This document shows positions 50,992 to 60,602 of a DNA stretch of 64,000 nucleotides, one piece after another. Source of the DNA: Desulfosudaceae bacterium. Lineage in GTDB: Bacteria > Desulfobacterota > Desulfobacteria > Desulfobacterales > Desulfosudaceae. The position numbers and the translations under genes were made by a program. The stretch is taken from the NCBI GenBank assembly GCA_963674745.2, contig CAXXDV010000003.1:1728001-1792000 (forward strand), in the 5' to 3' direction. How positions within the stretch are numbered: the stretch's first letter is position 1; the number at the start of each line of letters is the position of its first letter. The notes under the pieces were generated by a model. It saw only the letters and a list, made by a program, of their open reading frames with translations, did not search any database and was not told the DNA's origin.

Positions 50992-51246
50992 CTACCCCAC
51001 GATTTCCAGCACCCGGTTGAAATAATGCTGCGCGTACTGGCGAATGACAGGCGGCAGGGTGGCATTATCAAACAACATGCGCACTTTTTTTGTCTCCCCG
51101 GCACGGATCAGACCGCGTTCTACCATCTTCAGTCGCAAGCGTTTATCCAGCAGGGTCAGGTCCGGTGCAGAGATCGATACCTGTTCATTGCGCAGGCACC
51201 AGTTGACACCGTCATGATGAATAATGAAATCCATTGTCATGTCCAT
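50992..51246 (-). CDS. Small conserved hypothetical protein (DUF5395-like)
   Basis: HDG.NW and FDN.TLP..IRQY..HYFNR motifs; TAATG coupling with the upstream small ORF. Confidence 0.7.
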   Translation of the reverse strand: MDMTMDFIIHHDGVNWCLRNEQVSISAPDLTLLDKRLRLKMVERGLIRAGETKKVRMLFDNATLPPVIRQYAQHYFNRVLEIVG

Positions 51247-51422
51247 TAGTGAAGGATCGAAGTCGGTACGAAAATAAGCCCGATCACCAGAACAACAATG
51301 GCTATTCCCAGGGACCAGAGGACCAGCTTGGTTTCAAACGGCTCCCAGGGTTCGGCGTCAGCCAGAACATCCTCAGCTTCATATTCATTCCCGCTTAACA
51401 TCCCTTTGTGTTCTTCAGCCAT
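51246..51422 (-). CDS. 58-aa single-TM small protein (below ORF-track cutoff)
   Basis: Manual translation MAEEHKGMLSGNEYEAEDVLADAEPWEPFETKLVLWSLGIAIVVLVIGLIFVPTSILH; RBS aaggggg; stop overlaps next ATG. Confidence 0.75.
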   Translation of the reverse strand: MAEEHKGMLSGNEYEAEDVLADAEPWEPFETKLVLWSLGIAIVVLVIGLIFVPTSILH

Positions 51423-51625
51423 GATTTCGCCCCCTTTTCAAAAGATAATCGGCATTATAACCCCTTCAAATTTAATAATTGACCACCAACCATAGAATTT
51501 GTCAAGGGATAGCGTTTCAGGATTCAGGGCATACCACCCATTCCCTGGCCGCCAGAACCGATTCGGACGATTGCGTCAAAGACCGTTCTGGCCACCCTGA
51601 ACATTCAGGACCGGTTTACGGATTA

Positions 51626-51777
51626 AGGGCAACCACAGGGGGTTGCCCCTACGGATCGTGGAGGGCGTTCATGAACAATGTAGGGGCAGGCCCCCGTGCC
51701 TGCCCGATGATGGGCAACCACAGGGGGGTGCCCCTACGGATCGTGGAGGGCGTTCATGAACAATGCAGGGGCAGGGG
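51626..51777. repeat. BIME-like tandem array of GTAG REP units (period about 85 bp)
   Basis: gggcaaccacaggggg(t/g)tgcccctacggatcgtggagggcgttcatgaacaatg(t/c)aggggcagg repeated twice with identical linker. Confidence 0.88.
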
Positions 51778-51901
51778 CTTAGGGATCAAAGATTTATCGT
51801 ATTTTTCCTGCATCAAGCAAAGATACTGGTATTTTTCTGTAAAAATATTATACTCAATATCAGTAAGTCATTAAATCACATCGTTTCAGGAGAAGCTATT
51901 C

Positions 51902-52300
51902 ATGTCCATACAGGAACAAATCAAAAAAGATCTGATGGTCGCCATGAAGGCCAAGGACGAAGAGAAAAAAAACGCGCTGCGGATTCTTATTGGCGAGTTC
52001 AGCCGGGGCGAGACAAAAACGGTCTCTGATGATGAGGCGGTAAAACATGTCAAGAAACTGATTAAATCGGAACGGGAAACACTGGAAAGATCAGGAACGG
52101 AGGGAACCAACCGGTATATTGAAATTCTGGAATCTTACCTGCCGAAAATGGCTGCTGACGAAGACATTATCCATTGGATCAACGAGAATATCAATTTTGA
52201 CGATTATAAAAATAAAATGCAGGCCATGCGGGATATCATGGCCCATTTTGGTTCCAGCGCCGACGGCAACCAGGTCAAAGGAATCCTTCAAAAATTCTAA
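51902..52300 (+). CDS. GatB/YqeY domain protein
   Basis: IKKDL..AMKAKD...LR, EILESYLP; RBS aggag. Confidence 0.85.
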   Translation: MSIQEQIKKDLMVAMKAKDEEKKNALRILIGEFSRGETKTVSDDEAVKHVKKLIKSERETLERSGTEGTNRYIEILESYLPKMAADEDIIHWINENINFDDYKNKMQAMRDIMAHFGSSADGNQVKGILQKF

Positions 52301-52355
52301 TTTTAGAGACGCCTTACAACAAAGAATATACAACTCGAAAACGGAGGAGTGAGTG

Positions 52356-53279
52356 ATGAACACGCAAAGCAGAGTGCTGGTACTACTGGACGGTTCGGAA
52401 CGGTCGAAGGAAACGGTATCGTATGTCGCCGCCCTCAAAGCGTTAAGGGACAAAACCATCGTACTGTATCATGTATACAGCGAAATTCCCGAATATTACT
52501 GGGATCTGGACCTGGATCCCCAGCATCCGCCTCACACCTTTCCGGGTTTTGAAGCCTGGCAAAAAGAAAAACTGGAAACCGTCAATGCCTTTATGGAAGA
52601 AGGCAAGGCCCGATTGTTGGAAGCCGGTTTCAAAGACGATCGGGTAGTGATCGACCTCCACAAAAGAGAAACCGGCATCGCCAGGGACATTTTAAAAGAA
52701 GCCGCCCAGGGTTATGAAGCCGTAATTATGCGTCGCCGGGGAATGAGCAAAACCACCGGCATCGTTCTGGGCAGTGTCTCGGTTAAACTGCTCTCAAAAC
52801 TTTCCGACACGCCGGTTCTGCTGGCCGGGAAGCGCGCCCTGACCGACAAGGTTCTGATTGCCGTCGATGGATCCGACGCTTCATTGCAGGCAGTTGATTT
52901 TGTGGCCAGCCAACTCGGGCCATTCGGATATGCCGTCCAATTATTACATGTCATCCGGGGCGGTTCCCTGAATCCGAACAACCCGGAATTCATTCCCCCG
53001 GAAGCAATTGAAATAATTACAAAAGAAATCTCAAAACAATTCGAGGACATGAAAAGCCGGTTAATCACAGCCGGATTCGAAGCCGATAAAGTGTCTGAAA
53101 AAATAATCAGTGGTGTTTCAAGCCGATCGCAAGCGATTGTCGCCGAAGCGGAAGACGGCGGCTTCGGCACCATCGTTATGGGGCGCAAGGGTGTTTCCCG
53201 CATTCAGGAATTTTTTATCGGCAGCGTAAGTGAAAAGGTCATTCACAGCGGCAGGGACTTTACGGTCTGGGTTGTTTAA
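52356..53279 (+). CDS. Tandem universal stress protein
   Basis: Two USP domains: LDGS..LGSVS and AVDGS..GRKG..IGSVS. Confidence 0.9.
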   Translation: MNTQSRVLVLLDGSERSKETVSYVAALKALRDKTIVLYHVYSEIPEYYWDLDLDPQHPPHTFPGFEAWQKEKLETVNAFMEEGKARLLEAGFKDDRVVIDLHKRETGIARDILKEAAQGYEAVIMRRRGMSKTTGIVLGSVSVKLLSKLSDTPVLLAGKRALTDKVLIAVDGSDASLQAVDFVASQLGPFGYAVQLLHVIRGGSLNPNNPEFIPPEAIEIITKEISKQFEDMKSRLITAGFEADKVSEKIISGVSSRSQAIVAEAEDGGFGTIVMGRKGVSRIQEFFIGSVSEKVIHSGRDFTVWVV

Positions 53280-53561
53280 CCCGAACATTTCGTGAAACAT
53301 TCAGGCCAGATCAGGCCTTGTCCCCCGGAGTTGCCGAGGCAAAAAGCCCTTCGGCGTCGGACATGGTCTGATAAGTTGTCCTGTTTTCCGGCACCCGGCA
53401 CCCGGTCTCTGCTTCATCTGGCAGCTTATGATTTGGAAACTTTTGCAAAAAAAACAGTAAAATCGGAAATCATTATCCTGACGACCTGTTCACATAATAA
53501 TCTACTTCCGTCAAGGTTTGTAATATTTTTATCTACGACTGTGTAATATGGGGGAGGGACT

Positions 53562-55103
53562 ATGAACGGCCGTGCCTATTCGTATTTACAAACCATTTTA
53601 AAACAACCATACCGCGAAGAATACAACCGGGCCTTTAACGAATACCTGATCGAACAGATCAGGACCCTTCACCGGCCGGTCGGTTTTATCGCCATGGTCG
53701 CCTGGATCAATTTTGCTTTTCGCATTGACCCCCTGCTGCACCCTGAATTCCCAGGGCTCTTTTATTTCCGCATGGGCCTTACCATTTCCGGGGCCTATGT
53801 TTTCGTCGCCTCATTTTTTGAACCCCTCCGGGGTAAAGGCATGGGGCTATTTTACGTACTGGCGGTGTTTTCATTGCTGTCCTGTTCTTTTTTTACCGGA
53901 CGACTGGCGGACGACGCCGGTTATGTTGCCGGTATCCAGATATTGATTCTGATATTCATTCTCGGCCCCTGCCCTTATCGCGTTCTGGTCACCTTTTACA
54001 TTCTTTCCATCATGTTGTTTGTCAGCGCGGTATTGATCTACAAGCCCGATATCAGTTCGCCGGCCACCCAGTACAGCCTGAACAACCTGGTCATCACCTA
54101 TCTTCTGGGGTTTGTCGGCGGCTTCTTTCTTGACAGGATGCGCTTTAATGTGTTCCTGAACCAGGCCAGGCTCAACAATGCCCTGGATGAACTGCAACAG
54201 CTGATCAACAATGTAGCCGAGAAATCGGCCATTGTAACGACGTCATCCACCTCTTTGCTGTCGCTGTCCGACAAGATGGCCGACAGCACCAGAAAAATGG
54301 TCCTCAAAATGGAAGAGATATCATCAGCCGTCACCACTGCCATAACCCGCATGAACTCGAGTATGAACACCGTTACCGAGTATATGAAAAAATCATCTAA
54401 ATACATGTCCGTGGCGGAAACAGCGGCTGAAAATATTTCAAGTTCCATGCGGCAGATCAACGAGAACTCAAGGCAGGTCAGCGGCAGTATCAACAAGGTG
54501 GTCCCCCTGGTCGCCCGTGCCTCGGGCAGCGTCAGAGAACTTGGTCAGGCCGCCGGCACCATCAGCAATGTTTCCCAGGCAATTTCCGACATTTCCGGGC
54601 AGACCAACCTGCTGTCACTTAATGCCACCATAGAAGCGGCCAGGGCCGGAGATGCCGGCAAGGGGTTTGCCGTAGTCGCCGCCGAAGTAAAGCAGCTCGC
54701 CAGCCAGGCCGGTCAGGCCACTAAAGATATCAAACAGCAGATTGAACGAATAGAACTGACCACATCCGCCACCATGGCCGTCATTGATAAATTTTCAAAT
54801 GATATTACGCAAATCAATGAAATCGTATCTTCCACGACCAGCGGCATTGACAATCAACAGGACGCGGTCAATAGAATATTTGAGAACGTCAGCAAAGCCG
54901 CCGGCGGCATCCAGGATGCCGCAAGCAATATAGCCGGTACAACCGCCGTTTCTTCAGATGTTACCGGCAGGATTGCCGACCTGGAGAGCATTTCCCATGA
55001 GATGATGGATATTACCAGTCAGGTCAATGCCAGTGTTCAGGAGCTGTCCGACCTGGCCGACCAGTTAAACAACACCCTGGAAGGCATCAGAAGCAGGCAA
55101 TAG
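53562..55103 (+). CDS. Methyl-accepting chemotaxis protein with a multi-TM sensor
   Basis: [34 protein letters not shown]; 5-6 N-terminal TM. Confidence 0.93.
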   Translation: MNGRAYSYLQTILKQPYREEYNRAFNEYLIEQIRTLHRPVGFIAMVAWINFAFRIDPLLHPEFPGLFYFRMGLTISGAYVFVASFFEPLRGKGMGLFYVLAVFSLLSCSFFTGRLADDAGYVAGIQILILIFILGPCPYRVLVTFYILSIMLFVSAVLIYKPDISSPATQYSLNNLVITYLLGFVGGFFLDRMRFNVFLNQARLNNALDELQQLINNVAEKSAIVTTSSTSLLSLSDKMADSTRKMVLKMEEISSAVTTAITRMNSSMNTVTEYMKKSSKYMSVAETAAENISSSMRQINENSRQVSGSINKVVPLVARASGSVRELGQAAGTISNVSQAISDISGQTNLLSLNATIEAARAGDAGKGFAVVAAEVKQLASQAGQATKDIKQQIERIELTTSATMAVIDKFSNDITQINEIVSSTTSGIDNQQDAVNRIFENVSKAAGGIQDAASNIAGTTAVSSDVTGRIADLESISHEMMDITSQVNASVQELSDLADQLNNTLEGIRSRQ

Positions 55104-55173
55104 ACCGGAAATTTCATGAATTTTACGGTTACAGAATGTTGTTACTGTTGCTACCTGGAAACTGGAAGCCTGA

Positions 55174-55386
55174 ACAGGCTGTCCCGCAACTCGTCATCCC
55201 GGGCAGTGGAGCGAAGCGGAACGTGACCCGGGATCCAGTATAAAATTGGTTTTATTCATTTTTCTGGATTCCGGCGCGGAGGCCGGAATGACGAATGTTG
55301 GTGTTATTGGACAGCCTGTGAAGGCTTCCGCTACAATTGACGATGGCGGCATAATAATGCAGCACGTAGCGGAAGGCTAGCCTTCC
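55174..55386. repeat. Nested REP-like palindromes (CGTC-type pair inside an 11-bp IR, then a GTAG-type pair)
   Basis: acaggctgtcc/ggacagcctgt; tcgtcatcccgg/ccggaatgacga; ccgggatccag/ctggattccgg; cttccgctac/gtagcggaag. Confidence 0.75.
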
Positions 55387-55423
55387 ATCCGCATTTTAGC
55401 AACACCTTATAATTGACATGACA

Positions 55424-56809
55424 CTAGTTTTTGGCCCTGTATTCCTCGAGCGCCTTCAACATGTCGCTCATCAAATCCCGGGGAAATAGCCCTTTATCGA
55501 CAAGCTGTTCCCGCACTCTCATAGACGCCGCTTGAAGCTCTTTCAGATCAGAAGCAGAAAGGGTGACCGGTTTCATGCCGCATTTGGACTCAAACGCCTC
55601 CAGACTTTTTTCCTCAAAAACCCTGGTCGTTTTTTTCCAATTCTTTTCAAGGGTACCGACCTCATATACCAGCATCTCCTGAAAATTGTCGGCAAGCAGC
55701 TTGGACACACCGAACCGCTTGCGCAGCCTTTCCTTTGTTTTCACGCTGGTCAATGCAGCCCCGGGGGAATACAGCAGCGGCGGTTTGATAAAATAGTTCA
55801 GATATTGATAGGCCTGTATGCCAAGCAAATACCCGGAAGGGGCCATCATGGCGTCGGCCATGCCCGTACTGAGGGCTGAAACGGTTTCCGGAACCGCCAT
55901 CGGCGTGGCGTCAATCCCGAGTTCTTCATACAGCACGTTTTCAACCTCACCGTTGGTGGTCATAAATTTCTGTTTTCTAAGATCCGCCAGCCCGGTTACC
56001 CTATTTTTTGTAAACACATAGAAAAAACCGGTATCAATAAAGGAAGAAAGGATATACCCTCTCTCCTCAAAAAAGGTATCGATTCTTTTCCTGAATTTAT
56101 CGGTGATATAATCCACTTCATCATAGTTTCTGAAAAGACCCGGCAAAATCAGGACAGAGATTTCCGGAGCCGCAGCCGTAAGCCCCATGGCGGTGCATCC
56201 GCAACCGTCAAGTTGGCCGATATCCATTTTTCTCAAGATATCGGTATCCTCTCCCATGACACCGCCGGCGTATATTTTTACAACGAACTTGTTATTGCTC
56301 AACTTGGCCATCTGGGGGATCAGGGTTTCTTCGGGAATTTTAATCCACGGCGTTCCCGTCGGGGCAAGGGTACCAATGGTTATGACCATCTTTTCACCGT
56401 CAGGGATCAGGCTCGAGGACGCTTTCCAGACAAGCACTTTGACTTCTTCCCAATCCATATAGGGGCCAAGAAGGGCTTCAACGCGCCCGGGCATTTCTTT
56501 TAAAATATAGCGGGAAGTCCGGTGCTGACTCAAAATAGGTAGAAACATCTTCTCCAGCATGGAAACCAGTTCATCCTTGGTGATGGCCCCCTTCTCAAAC
56601 ATGGTTCTTAATGTCTGCTGCTGCTTCTGCAGCACCGGGCTGAATTTTTTCCCGGTCAGAAGGGCCGTCATACTCTCCTTTAACACGGTATCCACTTCTT
56701 TTTTGGTCAAATCTGCTGCCACAGAGATTGAAACAACACCGAAAATACACATTATAAGAAAAGAACAGACGATGTATCGGCTGGACTTGTGATGAAAGAC
56801 GTGAATCAT
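55424..56809 (-). CDS. TRAP transporter solute-binding protein (DctP family) with an N-terminal extension
   Basis: Signal peptide; GTLAPTGTPW, YAGGVMGEDTDILRKM..GQLDG, DLRKQK, ALSTGMAD. Confidence 0.8.
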   Translation of the reverse strand: MIHVFHHKSSRYIVCSFLIMCIFGVVSISVAADLTKKEVDTVLKESMTALLTGKKFSPVLQKQQQTLRTMFEKGAITKDELVSMLEKMFLPILSQHRTSRYILKEMPGRVEALLGPYMDWEEVKVLVWKASSSLIPDGEKMVITIGTLAPTGTPWIKIPEETLIPQMAKLSNNKFVVKIYAGGVMGEDTDILRKMDIGQLDGCGCTAMGLTAAAPEISVLILPGLFRNYDEVDYITDKFRKRIDTFFEERGYILSSFIDTGFFYVFTKNRVTGLADLRKQKFMTTNGEVENVLYEELGIDATPMAVPETVSALSTGMADAMMAPSGYLLGIQAYQYLNYFIKPPLLYSPGAALTSVKTKERLRKRFGVSKLLADNFQEMLVYEVGTLEKNWKKTTRVFEEKSLEAFESKCGMKPVTLSASDLKELQAASMRVREQLVDKGLFPRDLMSDMLKALEEYRAKN

Positions 56810-57068
56810 GTATCTTCCCTTTCAATTAATAGGTGAGCAGAAAAACAAACAGGTCGGGTTTTGATAACAGGATTATGATCGTACGTCAATAACATATGTT
56901 AATACTTTTCGCATATTGAACATTGACAGCGTTCCTGGTTTATAGGGAACAACATGTGAAGAACGTCCCAACCGGGCCGGCCCGGAACCAAACCGGCAAG
57001 TAACAGGAGTCGTTTTGTGGGTAAAAGTTTTAAGGTTTTAGAGTTTTAAGGTTTTAATCAGGCCGTTT

Positions 57069-57113
57069 AAAAAAACATTTCATCCAAAAAATCCGTGAAA
57101 TCCGTATCAAAAT
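57069..57113. repeat. 45-bp dispersed repeat, copy 2
   Basis: aaaaaaacatttcatccaaaaaatccgtgaaatccgtatcaaaat. Confidence 0.85.
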
Positions 57114-57201
57114 TATTAAAATCCGGTATGGCCCGGAATCATTTTTTTAAAGAACAGGGTTGTTGGGAAAAAAGTTTTTCCCTTCGGTCTCGCCCTGATA
57201 A

Positions 57202-57891
57202 TTACGGGCCACCCGGACTGAACCTGTAGCCCACGCCGTAAACGGTATGAATGACGGTTTGTGCCGGCAGGTGATGCCCGATTTTTTTTCTCAGATTTTT
57301 GATATGACTGTCAATGGTCCGGTCATATCCTTCAAAGTCATACCCTTGAACATTTGCGATCAGGTCATTTCGTGAAAACACCCGGTCCGGCTGTTCCATA
57401 AAGACACGCATGAGTTGAAATTCTATGTTGGTCAAAGAAAGTGCTGCTTCATGGATGGAAATCCGATGTTTTGTTGTATCCAGCACAAAAGGTCCGACAA
57501 CCAGCGTCTCCTCAGCCGGCTCTGGTTGATTTCGACGCAAGACCGCCTTTACCCGGGCCACCACCTCCCGTGGAGAAAACGGCTTGCAGATATAATCATC
57601 CGCGCCCAATTCCAGACCGATAAGCCGGTCTATCTCTTCTACTTTTGCGGTCAGCATGATAATGGGAACCATGGACTTTTTGCGGATTTCACGGCAGATA
57701 TCCAGGCCGTCCCTGCCCGGCAGCATGATGTCAAGGATGATCAGATCCGGTGACGTTTTACGAAACTGCGGCACCACCTCGCTGCCATGACTGACAAGGA
57801 TTGTTGCATATCCCGCGTTCTCCAGGTACTCTTTCACAACCCGGGCGATCTTGGGCTCATCCTCGATGATCATAATCTGCTGACTGATCAT
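57202..57891 (-). CDS. OmpR-family response regulator, BaeR-like
   Basis: IEDEPKI, LDIMLP, GLELGADDYICKPFSPREVVARVKA, DRTIDSHIKNLRKK, VYGVGY. Confidence 0.92.
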   Translation of the reverse strand: MISQQIMIIEDEPKIARVVKEYLENAGYATILVSHGSEVVPQFRKTSPDLIILDIMLPGRDGLDICREIRKKSMVPIIMLTAKVEEIDRLIGLELGADDYICKPFSPREVVARVKAVLRRNQPEPAEETLVVGPFVLDTTKHRISIHEAALSLTNIEFQLMRVFMEQPDRVFSRNDLIANVQGYDFEGYDRTIDSHIKNLRKKIGHHLPAQTVIHTVYGVGYRFSPGGP

Positions 57892-57926
57892 ATATATTCC
57901 TTTTCAGAGTGATCCGGATCATCACT

Positions 57927-59489
57927 TTACAATTTCTGTTTGCATATCGGCAGTTTTATGATGATCCGCAGTCCGCCTGCGGAGACGTTCTCCGCCCATA
58001 TTTGTCCCTGGAGGGCTTCGATGATTGTCTTACAGATGGACAAACCCAGGCCGGAACCGCCCAGTTCGCGCGTCCTGGCGGAATCGATCCGGTAAAGCCT
58101 GTCAAAGAGCCGGCCAAGACAGTCTTCAGGCACACCCGGACCGGTGTCTTCAATGCTGATCACAAAATGTTCTTTTAATTCCCGGCAATTAATGGCCACT
58201 GATTCTGAAGTTGTTGCATATCTTAATATATTTTCAAAAATATTGCCGAACACCTGAGCCAGCTTGTCGGCATCTCCCAATACAGTGAACCGGGCTGAAT
58301 CCGGGAAGGCCCTGTTTATGGCAATCTGATTGTCATTAAACCTGGATGAAAAGCGCTGAATCACATTTTCCAGCACCCTGATCGGATTGATCACCTCCTG
58401 CCGCATTTGAATGATACCGCTTTCCGTCTTCGCGATCAGGCTCAAGTCATCGACGATTTTGGCCAGAACCATTACCTCGCCATGCAACGAATTAATGGTT
58501 GCGGGGGTCACCTTTCTTATCCCGTCCTGAAGCGCTTCGATTTCCGCCCGAAGCACCGCCAGGGGGGTCCTCAACTCGTGGGCGATATCGCTTAACCACT
58601 GCCGGCGAATGCTTTCATGGCTTTGCAGCGCCTGCGCCATGGCATTAAAGTTCTCGGCCAGCTGGCCGAGTTCATCGTTGGAGGCCACCGCAATGCGCAG
58701 ATCAAACTGCCGGTTGCGAATGGCGTTGGTGGCTTGAGCGATTGTTCGCACAGGGGCTGTCAGGTGGCGTGAAAAAAAGATAGACACCACAACCGCCATG
58801 AACAGAACAATACCGCCGATAAAATAAAAAGTACGCGACTGGCGCTTTAAAAAAGAAATATCCGTAGGGGTCATTTTTTGCGTCTCTTTTTTCAATCCCA
58901 GCCAGCCGATGACCTGATTGTCAGCCGTTATGGGTTTAAGCGCCTGTTGGGCAAGGTCCGGATTTCCGGATACGACCCGTTTTTTCATATCAAAAAGAGA
59001 CAGCCGGCGGGCCATGTCGGATATTTCCAGGGGCCTTCGGGGAGGCGGTGGCGGGAGGGGCCGGGTTCGAAAATTTTCGGCGTTCAAGGTTTTTCTTTCG
59101 GTGGGAAAATTTCTCACAGGCGGAGGCGGCGGCCCGGGTCTTCTGTTACTATTAATGTTTTCCTCTGCCGGAAAATTCACCTGTGTCTGGTATAGGTCTC
59201 TTTCCGGTTGCCGCGAAAGGATCTGGCTGTCTGCCGGAAAAAACCGGATCAACGTCTCGTGCCAGATCCGGGGGTTGTGCCTGTATTTGTCCCAATTGTT
59301 GTTTAGTTGATAGTCCTCGGACAGTGCCTGAGCCAGAGCGCCAAGAGAATCCAGTTCCTGTTGTAATACAAAATCGGAAAAATTGCGGTACACAAAGAAC
59401 TGCATCGTTATGACCATCAGCACAACTACGGATACCGATGTCACAAGAAATGTCAGCAAAGATTTATAGAAGAGCTTCGATATCATCAA
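57927..59489 (-). CDS. Sensor histidine kinase with HAMP, BaeS-like
   Basis: 2 TM; Pro-rich periplasmic loop; HAMP DELGQLA; DIAHELRTPL; GGSGLGL. Confidence 0.92.
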   Translation of the reverse strand: MMISKLFYKSLLTFLVTSVSVVVLMVITMQFFVYRNFSDFVLQQELDSLGALAQALSEDYQLNNNWDKYRHNPRIWHETLIRFFPADSQILSRQPERDLYQTQVNFPAEENINSNRRPGPPPPPVRNFPTERKTLNAENFRTRPLPPPPPRRPLEISDMARRLSLFDMKKRVVSGNPDLAQQALKPITADNQVIGWLGLKKETQKMTPTDISFLKRQSRTFYFIGGIVLFMAVVVSIFFSRHLTAPVRTIAQATNAIRNRQFDLRIAVASNDELGQLAENFNAMAQALQSHESIRRQWLSDIAHELRTPLAVLRAEIEALQDGIRKVTPATINSLHGEVMVLAKIVDDLSLIAKTESGIIQMRQEVINPIRVLENVIQRFSSRFNDNQIAINRAFPDSARFTVLGDADKLAQVFGNIFENILRYATTSESVAINCRELKEHFVISIEDTGPGVPEDCLGRLFDRLYRIDSARTRELGGSGLGLSICKTIIEALQGQIWAENVSAGGLRIIIKLPICKQKL

Positions 59490-59564
59490 TTCCGCCCGGG
59501 AAAGGGATTATTAAGCTTGAGAAAAAAATAAACCAAAACATCACCCTTTGCAACCGGATATCGG

Positions 59565-59622
59565 TATCTCCACAGCAATCCCATGGTTTCTCCATACTTT
59601 CTCCATATTCCGCACTTATATT
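59565..59622 (+). promoter_or_regulatory. Four 11-bp-period direct repeats (OmpR/BaeR-type operator) plus a -10-like TATATT
   Basis: tatctccacag / caatcccatgg / tttctccatac / tttctccatat at 59565-59608; tatatt at 59617-59622. Confidence 0.7.
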
Positions 59623-59667
59623 CTTAGTCAGGATGAAAACAAATATTATTAAAAAAAGGAGAACAAC

Positions 59668-60144
59668 ATGAACAGACATTTTCGAACACTGACATTGGTT
59701 GCCTGCCTGGTCATTACCGGCGCAACGATTGTAACCGCCAACCCGGACGGTTTCGATCGTCACGGAAAACAAGGCGTCAACCCCCTGGCCGATCTGGATC
59801 TCAGTGCCAAACAAACCCAAAAAATCAGATCCCTTCGTCAGGACTTTGAAGAAGCCATTGCGCCGCTAAAACTTCAGGAATTTGATATTAACGCGCGACT
59901 GAATATTTTGTGGCTCCAGATAACGCCTGACACAAAGAAGATCGAGACGGCGCAGGAAAAGCTTCATGATATCCGTTACCAGCTTATGAAAAAAGAAACC
60001 GATTTTCGTATTGCCGTACGGGGCGTGTTAACCGAAGACCAGATCTCGCGGATGCTGGCATTAGGGAGTAACCCTTGCCAGGGCCCTGGTGATAAACCCG
60101 GATTCCGGCCTCACCTGCAGCAAAGGCTTCGTGGAAGATTTTAG
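59668..60144 (+). CDS. Spy/CpxP/ZraP-like periplasmic protein
   Basis: Signal peptide; LDLSAKQ and VLTEDQ (LTxxQ motifs); RBS aggag. Confidence 0.82.
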   Translation: MNRHFRTLTLVACLVITGATIVTANPDGFDRHGKQGVNPLADLDLSAKQTQKIRSLRQDFEEAIAPLKLQEFDINARLNILWLQITPDTKKIETAQEKLHDIRYQLMKKETDFRIAVRGVLTEDQISRMLALGSNPCQGPGDKPGFRPHLQQRLRGRF

Positions 60145-60246
60145 AGGTGACCCTCAAGATTAGCCCTAAAATAAAACCGAAGGCAGTTGGTCATCACCCT
60201 CCCCGTCCGCCACAACCGATTAAATATTAAATATGGAGGTTTTTCT

Positions 60247-60552
60247 ATGAACACGGTTAAAAAAGCATCAATTATTATCGCACTTCTGGGAATGCTTGTC
60301 CCCATCACTGTATTTGGAAGCGAATCCTCCCGGGGACAAGGCCGGGGAAGACATCAGGGACCGCCTCCGGAGGCGTATTCCGCCTGTGAAGGCAAAAGTG
60401 CCGGCGACACGGCGGAATTTATCAGCCCCCACGGGGATACGGTGACAGGCACCTGCGAACAGGAACCCGATGGTGACCGGCTCGTTCTGCGCCCAGACAA
60501 TCCGCCGAAAAAAGGACCCGGGGGCCGGCCAGAAAGAAACGATCAGGAATAA
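60247..60552 (+). CDS. Small secreted protein with a PPPEA..AC...GTC motif
   Basis: RBS ggagg before ATG 60247; signal peptide; two Cys; Gly/Pro/Arg-rich ends. Confidence 0.75.
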   Translation: MNTVKKASIIIALLGMLVPITVFGSESSRGQGRGRHQGPPPEAYSACEGKSAGDTAEFISPHGDTVTGTCEQEPDGDRLVLRPDNPPKKGPGGRPERNDQE

Positions 60553-60602
60553 ACGGGAATAAATTATATTTCAACTACCGAATCCGGAAGGGGAAACGAC
60601 TT

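Noticed and set aside
51626..51777. Repeat-spacer pattern as CRISPR
   Set aside because: Linkers are identical rather than unique, and the units are GTAG-type palindromes
51479..51874. ORFs crossing REP arrays (also 28237-28772)
   Set aside because: Translations derive from palindromic repeats (VGAGPRACP, GCPY); most likely spurious
53330..53400. c-di-GMP-I riboswitch upstream of the MCP (GGCAAA seen)
   Set aside because: Lacks the GAAA-tetraloop stem and the following GACGCAAAGC core
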